Positions 56,612 to 64,000 of a stretch of 64,000 bases of DNA are shown here, in pieces. A program made the position numbers and the translations under genes. The notes under the pieces were generated by a model that did no database searches, was not told the origin of the DNA, and saw only the letters and a list, made by a program, of their open reading frames with translations. Every line of letters starts with the position of its first letter. The first letter of the stretch is position 1. The stretch is from Desulfatiglandales bacterium (GTDB lineage Bacteria; Desulfobacterota; DSM-4660; Desulfatiglandales; Desulfatiglandaceae), in NCBI GenBank assembly GCA_963666345.1, contig OY762721.1, positions 1,472,001 to 1,536,000 on the forward strand, in the 5' to 3' direction.

Positions 56612-58393
56612 TTGCCGTTTCTTCACTTCAACCTTCAGCGGGGATCTAAACTGGAAGAAAGACAGAAATATTATGTAGATGAAAAAAGCCCCTGGTTTCT
56701 GCCTGAGGCAGGCTGGCCTGACGGGGTGCCCAGGAATTTTGACTTCCCCTGCATCACGCTCTATGAGATGCTCTCAGAGAGCGCGAATACGTATCCCGAA
56801 CTTCCTGCCGCATGGTTTCTAGGTTCCTTCATGACTTACGGACGGCTGCTCGAGCGGGTAAAAGCAGCCGCAAGCGGGCTTTACCGCCTGGGAATTAGAA
56901 AGGGGGACGTCCTTGCCCTCATACTTCCAAGCTCCTTTCAATTCTTGGTCCTATATTATGCATGCGCAAGGCTCGGCATAATCGTAACCGGGGTCAACCC
57001 CACCTTAAAGCCGGCTGAGATAGCCTTCCAGCTGAAAAAATTTCCCCGCCTGAGCGTGGCCATTCTTGACGCCCTTTATGAGCCCCTTATCGCCCCCGTA
57101 AGTAAGCGGCTTGATATAAGAAACATTATCTCTACAAACATCGCCGACATGCTTGAGATATCCCCCCTTAAGAAGTGGCTCGGCATGAGGCTAAAAAAAA
57201 TTCCGAAAGGTCGCGTGCCAGAAGAGGCGGTCGCTTTTTTGTCCCTTTTTAAGTCCCCCATTCAAGAGATCGAGGGCCATGTCACCGGGCATGATACGGC
57301 CGCATACCTCATGACGGGCGGAAGCACCGGCACTCCCAAGGCCACGGTCCTTACCCATTTCAACTGCGTTTCAAACGCAATCCAGGTAAGTCTCTGGATC
57401 CGCACAAGGAAGCCCGGGGCCTGCATGGTAGGGGTGATACCCCTGTTTCACTCCTTCGGCATGAGCGCCGTAATGAACGCAACCATATACAGCTCAATGT
57501 GGATGATGCTCTTTCCAAGGCCCCCTGAAACAGATGAGCTCTTAAAAACCATCTGCAGGATCGCACCGGACAACCAGACCTATTTTCCTGGGGTGGAGAT
57601 ACTCTTCAAAAGGATCGCCGAATCTGAGGATCTCGGCAGATACCCGGCAGGCAGAAAGATAAGGGGATGCATATCAGGGGCGGGACCTCTCAGAGAGGAT
57701 GTAAAGCTCAAGTTCGAGGCCAATGTGGGCGCCCCGCTCTTAGAGGGATACGGCCTCACCGAGGCATCCCCTGTGGTCTCCGGGGGCCCCTTAAGCGGGG
57801 TGCATACCACAGGGACCATAGGGCTTCCCCTTACCGGTATGGAGTGGAAAATCATGGATCTTGAAACCTGCACCAGGGAGCTTGGGCCGGGTGAAAGGGG
57901 GGAGCTTGTTATCACCGGCCCGACCATCATGAAGGAATACCTGGACGAGCCTGAGGAGACCGCAGATGCCGTAATGGTAAGGGATCAAAGGCGCTGGCTC
58001 CGCACGGGAGACATAGGCTCCATGGACGAACTGGGAAGGGTGGCGCTTCTGGACCGCAAAAAACAGCTCATAAAGGTCAAGGGCCTCTCAGTCTTTCCCA
58101 GGGAGGTGGAGGAACTGCTTGCCATGAACCGTATGGTGGCGGATGTGGCGGTTGCAGGCGTTCCCGACAAGGAGACAGGAGAGGCGGTAAAGGCATGGGT
58201 GGTGCCCAGGGAGGCTGAAGGCGAAAGTCTTACCAGGGAGGCCCTTATTGACTGGTGCAGGCGCAGCATGTCAAATTACAAGGTACCCGCACATATCGAA
58301 TTCATCGACGAGATTCCCAGAAACAACCTGGGAAAGGTGATGAGAAAAGAACTTGCCCGAAACGACCCCCTGTCCGTGCGCACGAATGCATGA
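56612..58393 (+). CDS. long-chain fatty acid--CoA ligase (ANL superfamily); start uncertain
   Basis: MTGGSTGTPK P-loop, PLFHSFG, EGYGLTEASP, WLRTGDIG, DRKKQLIK, P....GKV. Confidence 0.9.
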   Translation: MPFLHFNLQRGSKLEERQKYYVDEKSPWFLPEAGWPDGVPRNFDFPCITLYEMLSESANTYPELPAAWFLGSFMTYGRLLERVKAAASGLYRLGIRKGDVLALILPSSFQFLVLYYACARLGIIVTGVNPTLKPAEIAFQLKKFPRLSVAILDALYEPLIAPVSKRLDIRNIISTNIADMLEISPLKKWLGMRLKKIPKGRVPEEAVAFLSLFKSPIQEIEGHVTGHDTAAYLMTGGSTGTPKATVLTHFNCVSNAIQVSLWIRTRKPGACMVGVIPLFHSFGMSAVMNATIYSSMWMMLFPRPPETDELLKTICRIAPDNQTYFPGVEILFKRIAESEDLGRYPAGRKIRGCISGAGPLREDVKLKFEANVGAPLLEGYGLTEASPVVSGGPLSGVHTTGTIGLPLTGMEWKIMDLETCTRELGPGERGELVITGPTIMKEYLDEPEETADAVMVRDQRRWLRTGDIGSMDELGRVALLDRKKQLIKVKGLSVFPREVEELLAMNRMVADVAVAGVPDKETGEAVKAWVVPREAEGESLTREALIDWCRRSMSNYKVPAHIEFIDEIPRNNLGKVMRKELARNDPLSVRTNA

Positions 58394-58408
58394 TCAAAGA
58401 CCCTCCTT

Positions 58409-59299
58409 TCAGTCGCACCCGGTAAGCTCACTCCTTATTGAGCCTATCTCAAGGTCCTTTTCATGCCAGATCCTGTTTATCCAGCCCGCCACCGACTCAA
58501 AGTCTTCATGGTCTGCTATATCATCAGGGCAATGCTCCCTTACCCTGACAACGACCCTCTTGCATCCGCCGCATAAAAAATTCCAGAAGCTGCACTCATG
58601 GCAGTCGTAGGCAATAGTGACATCAAGTATGGCGCCTATCTCATCGGCCAGAAGTCCCAGGATGATCTGGAGCCCCACCGCTTTGGGCTTCATGAGGTGT
58701 CTGTAGGGGGAACCCTCTCTTTCCGCTTTAAGGGGAGTGAATCTTGTGCCCTCGACCAGGTTCACCACAGTTGCCGGGTGACTCCTGAATTTTTCAAGCG
58801 ATCTTTCGAGCCTGAGAAAATCCCCAGGCATACGGCCTTTGGGAGACTTCATCCCCTTTGCGGACCTTCTCCTCAGAAACGGGTAGTCATAGGCCCAGCA
58901 GATGAGGCCCACCACCGGAAGAAAGATGAGTTCCCTTTTTACAAGGAATTTAAGGACCGGGGCCTTGCGGTTGAATATCTGCTGAAGGATCAGGACGTCG
59001 TTCCAGCTCTGGTGGTTTGCTATAACAAGATAGAATTTTTCAGGGTAAAGCTCCCTTACCCCCTCTACCTCAGCCTTTATGCCTACTAGGCGGCAAAGCA
59101 CAAGGTCGTCACACCAAACTGCAAGCCTGTAGATCCATCCGGTCAGACTTGTAATGAGATCCTGTATCCCCTTTTGAGGAATGATTATCTTAAAGATGGC
59201 AAGGACAAAAAGAGGCACCAGCCAGAAGCAGAGGTTGGCAGTTATCATGAGAAAACAGGCGGCACCCTTTAGATGCCTCATTAGATGGATGATCCTCAC
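58409..59299 (-). CDS. PlsC-like acyltransferase (YihG-type)
   Basis: ANHQSWND, KFLVKREL, EGTRFT, YRHLMKPK, LDVTIAY. Confidence 0.88.
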   Translation of the reverse strand: MRIIHLMRHLKGAACFLMITANLCFWLVPLFVLAIFKIIIPQKGIQDLITSLTGWIYRLAVWCDDLVLCRLVGIKAEVEGVRELYPEKFYLVIANHQSWNDVLILQQIFNRKAPVLKFLVKRELIFLPVVGLICWAYDYPFLRRRSAKGMKSPKGRMPGDFLRLERSLEKFRSHPATVVNLVEGTRFTPLKAEREGSPYRHLMKPKAVGLQIILGLLADEIGAILDVTIAYDCHECSFWNFLCGGCKRVVVRVREHCPDDIADHEDFESVAGWINRIWHEKDLEIGSIRSELTGCD

Positions 59300-59327
59300 C
59301 TTTATGGACCTTTCAGGATTGCTCGGC

Positions 59328-60125
59328 TCAGTCGCCTTCCCCTTTTTTGCGGATCCATGGGATAAAGGCGCTCGTCCTAATTATGTAGTCCCTGTATTCA
59401 GGCCTCCTGTCTGAAATGTCTCGCTCCAGCATGGCCACCCCCGATACCCGCAAAAGCAGATAGGTTATGAGCACAGGGCTTACGATCGACCATATATTTG
59501 AGCCGTCTGCCATTGAGACAAGAAAAATGCCCCACCAGATAAGAGACTCCCCGAAGTAGTTGGGATGCCTTGTATAGGCCCACAGCCCCCTGTCCATGAC
59601 CCTTCCCTTTGAATCGGGATCAGCCTTGAACCGCTTTAGCTGCCAGTCCCCCACCGCCTCAAAAAGCATGCCCGCAGCCCAGACAAGTGAGCCTGCAATA
59701 TCGAGTGCCGCAAATCTTGATGGTGAAGCGGAGATCTGCGCCGCCTGGACCGTGAGGGATATGACCCAGAGTATCACCCCCTGAAGCAGGAACACCTTGA
59801 ACAGGCTTATCCACCAGAAACCCTCCCCGTATTTCTCACGCCATGCCCGGTATCTTCTGTCCTCCCCCTTTCCGATGTTCCTCGTGCCTATATGTATGGC
59901 AAGCCTTGCGCCCCACAGGGTCACGAGCAGGGCCACAAGGAGGGCCCTTCCTGAAAACCCGTCTGAGATGAAAAATGTGACCCAGGAGACAAGGATAAAT
60001 CCCGCGCCCCAGAAGATATCCATAATGCCTGCATCCTTGAGCCTCAGGCTCAACAGCCACACGCATACCATTAACAAAAGGATGACAAGGAGATTCAGGA
60101 GGTAAAAACGCAAAAGATGTTCCAT
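59328..60125 (-). CDS. DUF1295-family membrane protein (steroid 5-alpha-reductase-like)
   Basis: Start MEHLLR (60125); [31 protein letters not shown]. Confidence 0.9.
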   Translation of the reverse strand: MEHLLRFYLLNLLVILLLMVCVWLLSLRLKDAGIMDIFWGAGFILVSWVTFFISDGFSGRALLVALLVTLWGARLAIHIGTRNIGKGEDRRYRAWREKYGEGFWWISLFKVFLLQGVILWVISLTVQAAQISASPSRFAALDIAGSLVWAAGMLFEAVGDWQLKRFKADPDSKGRVMDRGLWAYTRHPNYFGESLIWWGIFLVSMADGSNIWSIVSPVLITYLLLRVSGVAMLERDISDRRPEYRDYIIRTSAFIPWIRKKGEGD

Positions 60126-60165
60126 GATGACTCCCCCGATTCTGTAAGGGTGGTTTACACCGTGA

Positions 60166-61566
60166 CTATGCCTTATAAGGCCCTTTTCTGTCCAGCGGAT
60201 CTGCCGCGGCACCTCCTTTTTCCTTCTGTCTCACCGCCTGCCTGATCCTTTCATGCATTTTTCTGTCTATCGGGTAGGCAAGTGCGATCAAAAGGGCCGC
60301 CATGTTGCAGGCCGAAGGTACCAGTGCATAGAGCACCCTCAAGGAAAAGACCACTCCCTCGGACTGCTCCACATTGGGGCTGTAGCCTGACACCCCCAGT
60401 ATCGAAAGGGCTGTCCCCACCCCGAGTGCGGCGGCAAGTTTTTTTGCCACGGACCAGATCCCTATATACTGCCCCTCACGTCTTTTTCCGGTCAGAAACT
60501 CGTCATAATCGATCACGTCCGCCTGCATGGCAGAGGGGATGGCAAGGGTTGCGCCGAAGCCGATGCCTGAGATAAATACCAGCCCCCCGTAGATCATTTC
60601 ATCCCCCGGCCCCAGGAAAAAGACCCAGATAAATGCGCCGGTGTTGAGTGCCATGGATGAAATCCAGGTGTATTTCTTGCCCATCCTCTTTGAGAGAAGG
60701 ACCCATCCGGGAAGAAACAGGATGCCTGTCACAAAATATACCACAAGGAAGAGATCCGCGCCTTCCGATCCAAGCACATACTCCACATAATAAAGGATAA
60801 GGGTCGCTGGAAGGTTGCTTCCAAAGGCCGCTACCGTGTAGGAGACAAGCAGTATCACAAAGGGCCTGTTTTTGAGGCAGAGGCGTATGCCGCTCAGGAT
60901 ACCCGCCTCTGGCCTGCGTACGATGTCCCTCTCCCTTATGGCCAGCACGCACCACCAGCACATGCCTATGACAAGCGGGGAATAGATGACAGATATCCAG
61001 AAGAACTTGGCCCTCTCAGCCTCGGCTCCTTCAGGCATGGAAAGAAGGGCCGATACAATGAGGGGGGAACTGGCCGCAACGAGCGTGCCTGCGATAAGTG
61101 CCCCGTCCCTCATACCGAAAAGCACGGTCCTTTCGTTATAGTCAAAAGAGATCTCAGGGCCGAGCGATTCATACGGGACAGTGACCACGGTCCATAAAAA
61201 AAAGAGAAAGAAGATGCACAGACCGAACCATACGGTCTCAAATCCGGGGCCTGCATCAGGCGGGTTGAAAAGCAGGAGTATAGCGAGTGCAAGAACGATT
61301 GAGCCTGCCGCCATGTAAGGCCTTCTGCGTCCGAACCTGGTCACCGTCCTGTCTGAAAAGACACCTATGAGCGGGTCGGTGACCGCGTCAAACAGACGTA
61401 CAGCAAGAAGCAGAAAGCCCAGTACCCCGATGTGTATACCCACCACGTCGGTGTAGAACTTGGGTATATAGACATATACGGGGATCCCCACCACGGCAAG
61501 GGCGAATGCGGGGGCAGCATAGGCGCCTTTCTTGATCAGGGATACGCGGGGTCCTTCACTGTTCAT
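60166..61566 (-). CDS. MFS_2/GPH-family transporter
   Basis: [32 protein letters not shown]...GKRREG.Y. Confidence 0.9.
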   Translation of the reverse strand: MNSEGPRVSLIKKGAYAAPAFALAVVGIPVYVYIPKFYTDVVGIHIGVLGFLLLAVRLFDAVTDPLIGVFSDRTVTRFGRRRPYMAAGSIVLALAILLLFNPPDAGPGFETVWFGLCIFFLFFLWTVVTVPYESLGPEISFDYNERTVLFGMRDGALIAGTLVAASSPLIVSALLSMPEGAEAERAKFFWISVIYSPLVIGMCWWCVLAIRERDIVRRPEAGILSGIRLCLKNRPFVILLVSYTVAAFGSNLPATLILYYVEYVLGSEGADLFLVVYFVTGILFLPGWVLLSKRMGKKYTWISSMALNTGAFIWVFFLGPGDEMIYGGLVFISGIGFGATLAIPSAMQADVIDYDEFLTGKRREGQYIGIWSVAKKLAAALGVGTALSILGVSGYSPNVEQSEGVVFSLRVLYALVPSACNMAALLIALAYPIDRKMHERIRQAVRQKEKGGAAADPLDRKGPYKA

Positions 61567-61833
61567 TTTTCCTTACCCTCTCGAATCACAACCTTTTACC
61601 TCTATTGTTCATCAGGCCTGCCCCAGGCTGCCGGCAGGAGACGACCCTGTACAATGTTTGCCGATATTTTAACCCTTGACAATAAAAATATTGAAAAATA
61701 CAAGTCTGACTCCGAAAAATTAATATTCCATGATCATCCCCGATCCGATTTCTGTTTTTCACTCGGACCCCTGGACCCTGAGACCCTTTTACCAGTTGGT
61801 CCATATATCAAAAGATCTGAAAAGGAGCGAAAA

Positions 61834-63204
61834 ATGATGGACAAGGAAACAAGGAGCCATATGCTGGCAAACGAGCAGATCGGAAGGCTCCTGACTATAC
61901 TCTCGGTTCCAGCAATCATCGGTATGATGGTCCATGCCCTCTATAACATAATAGATGCCGTATTTGTGGGAAGATACACCGGCACCCTCGGCATAGGCGG
62001 AGTCTCCATAGCCTTTCCCCTCCAGCTCATCTTCATATCAACCGGTGTTGCAATAGGTACGGGAGGCGCTTCCATCATATCCAGGAGGCTGGGTGAGAAC
62101 AACCGGTCAGGCGCTTCTCTCGCACTCGGAAACATGTTCATCACATCTCTTTTAGTAGGCATCACCGGCCTTATCCTAGGCCTTATCTTCAGACTCCCCC
62201 TGCTGAGGCTCTTCGGTGCAACCGACGCGCTCATGCCTTATGCCGAGGCCTACTTCGTGATCATACTCCTCGGCGCCCCGCTCATGACCTTTCCGGTCGC
62301 CATAAACGCGGCTGCCAGGGCGGAGGGAAACACCCGCGTTGCCATGAACTCCATGGTGATCGGCGCGATCCTGAATATCATCATGGATTATCTCTTTATC
62401 GTCCGCCTGGGCATGGGAGTCAAGGGAGCCGCCCTTGCAACCGTCTTTTCCATGGGGCTTTCAGCCATCTACATCCTGAGCTACTTTATGAGGGGGAAAA
62501 GCGAGCTTTCCTTTAAACCCGCCCATATGCGCCCTGACCTGCCCACCATAAGGGAGACCTTTGCCGTGGGCTCATCAGAGCTTGCCCGTATGGCAGCCGG
62601 AAGTCTCACCTTTGCAGTCTTCAACAACATCCTCCGCTCTTTCGGTGGAGAGATTTCCATTGCGGCGTTCGGCATTCTCTTCAGGATCATGAGCTTCGCG
62701 TTCCTCCCAATGGTAGGGATAGCCCAGGGGGTCCAGCCGATAATGGGATTCAATTACGGGGCAAAGATGTTTTCAAGGGTGAGAAAGGGGCTAAAGCTGG
62801 CCAATGTAAGCTCTGCCTCAGTATCCCTTGCAGGGCTCATCTGTTTTTCCCTGTTTCCATGTCAGGTCTTCGGGATCTTCACCACCGAAAAGGCCCTCAT
62901 AGAAATCGGCAGCAGGGGGCTTACGATCCTGGCGCTCGGCCTTCCCCTTATAGGCTATCAGGTCGTAGGTATAAGTCTGTTCCAGGCCCTTGGAAAATCA
63001 AGGCCCGCGTTTATTCTAAGCGTCATGCGGCAGGTCATTTTCACGATCCCCCTGGTATTTGTCCTGCCTCCCCTCCTCGGGCTCACCGGCGTATGGCTCG
63101 CCTTTCCCGCAGGCGACGTCGTCGCCTTCATGATTACCGTTTTCATGGTCAGGATCGCAATAAGGGAGCTGCCGCTTTCACACAATTCACAAATCAGGAT
63201 GTGA
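61834..63204 (+). CDS. MATE-family efflux transporter (MepA-like)
   Basis: Start MMDKET after AAGGAG; PAIIGM...LYNIID..FVG, RAEGN, QPIMGFNYGA. Confidence 0.92.
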   Translation: MMDKETRSHMLANEQIGRLLTILSVPAIIGMMVHALYNIIDAVFVGRYTGTLGIGGVSIAFPLQLIFISTGVAIGTGGASIISRRLGENNRSGASLALGNMFITSLLVGITGLILGLIFRLPLLRLFGATDALMPYAEAYFVIILLGAPLMTFPVAINAAARAEGNTRVAMNSMVIGAILNIIMDYLFIVRLGMGVKGAALATVFSMGLSAIYILSYFMRGKSELSFKPAHMRPDLPTIRETFAVGSSELARMAAGSLTFAVFNNILRSFGGEISIAAFGILFRIMSFAFLPMVGIAQGVQPIMGFNYGAKMFSRVRKGLKLANVSSASVSLAGLICFSLFPCQVFGIFTTEKALIEIGSRGLTILALGLPLIGYQVVGISLFQALGKSRPAFILSVMRQVIFTIPLVFVLPPLLGLTGVWLAFPAGDVVAFMITVFMVRIAIRELPLSHNSQIRM

Positions 63205-63946
63205 CGCCGCTATGTCGATGACAAATACGAAAAACTGACCCAACTTGCTTATCCATTGGTTCAGTGAGCGATGGTCATTTCTCATCCCCGGTTTGCCCTC
63301 TTTTTCGGCCAGGGGCCGACATGGCTCCTTTTCACCGGCTTGTAGCCTTCGGGCGGTTCAAATAGCTTCGAGGCCCAGACCTTTTCAGACTTCCTCCTCT
63401 TTCCAATGGTCTTTCTCTGCTGGCTCTTTTTCCCTATCGAACAACTCCCGGCCCTTCTTGCCCTGTTCTGCATGCTGCTTTTTGCTGCAAGCCTCAGACA
63501 CATAATGCGAAAGCGGATCCTTTGACCCGCATGTGTTTCCCGCCCTTCAACTTGACTGCAGACCAGGCACCACTTCACAAAACAGTGGCCGGCATGGAAC
63601 TCCAACCTTTGACTTGACAACAATAATAGTTTGAGTTAAAGATATTTTAATTTTAATTGTTGCAGACAGCAAAAGAACCAATAAAAATAATATGAGCTGA
63701 TACTGCTGTCTGCGCTTTTCCTTCTTTAAATGCCATATCTCTTCCAAAGAGGTTCAGGAGACAAGGGTCCCAATCTCCCCCAGATTTCAGCACTTCACCG
63801 GCTGGGATAGCAGAAAGAGAGGTCTGCCGATTTTCAGGATTTAAGAGGCCTTTGCTCCCGAGATCATGGCATATACATACCCGGAGTTTTCTGGACCGGA
63901 GCCGCTTCAACCAAATACCGTGGTCCGCAAAAAAGGAGTCTTAAAC

Positions 63947-64000
63947 ATGGAAAAAAGGACATTCAGTGTGAAGATACCGGAAGTTGACAAAGTCGAGCAG
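63947..64000 (+). CDS. possible start of a gene running off the window (MEKRTFSVKIPEVDKVEQ...)
   Basis: ATG preceded by AAAAGGAG; open to the window end. Confidence 0.45.
   Translation, partial: MEKRTFSVKIPEVDKVEQ

Noticed and set aside
61432..61833. N-terminal extension of the 590-aa MATE ORF
   Set aside because: Overlaps the divergent MFS gene; RBS supports a start at 61834
63245..63910. Short ORFs after the MATE gene (63282-63623, 63547-63747, 63653-63910)
   Set aside because: No recognisable family or convincing start; left unannotated
1..64000. Many 60-240 aa ORFs overlapping recognised genes on other frames or strands (e.g. 7924-8538, 18832-19542, 27069-27707, 43248-44030)
   Set aside because: Shadow ORFs of well-supported genes; no recognisable motifs
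1..64000. CRISPR arrays, rRNA, tRNA, transposases, integrases, phage or defence genes
   Set aside because: None recognised by eye; tRNAscan, Infernal and CRISPR finders were not run

Overview
A gene-dense bacterial chromosomal window. The gene families (DVU0772-like protein, nifUS-cysE-cysK, MshEN-PilB, sigma54 promoters) suggest an anaerobic Desulfobacterota/deltaproteobacterial source (inference). All family assignments come from motif recognition, not database searches. Left to right: partial glnS; an orphan PilB/GspE ATPase with four MshEN-like motifs; MscS and a prokaryotic SLC12-type cation-chloride cotransporter; pckA; a glucan locus (glucosylglycerate-synthase-like GT2, GH57, corA, glgC, glgP, glgB, convergent glgA and a frameshifted GH57 4-alpha-glucanotransferase); a DVU0772/atypical Rieske/OYE operon; a FadR regulator plus aryl-sulfate sulfotransferase (ASST)-like gene; a MOT1-type molybdate transporter; an ATPase-less sugar ABC system; an orphan hisF; a Tat molybdoenzyme with a tail-anchored Fe-S subunit and TorD chaperone behind a predicted sigma54 promoter; nifU-nifS-cysE-cysK; a second, active-site-variant ASST-like gene with a predicted sigma54/IHF promoter; MoxR-DUF58-DUF4129; a lipid-related cluster (DUF2177, DUF1499, acyl-CoA ligase, acyltransferase, DUF1295, GPH-MFS); and a MATE pump. 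I saw no rRNA, tRNA, CRISPR array or transposase. Best candidates for novelty: (1) the NrfD-less molybdoenzyme, sulfur-supply and cytoplasmic ASST neighbourhood; (2) an osmoadaptation locus linking glycogen to glucosylglycerate. Two families of short dispersed intergenic repeats also occur.
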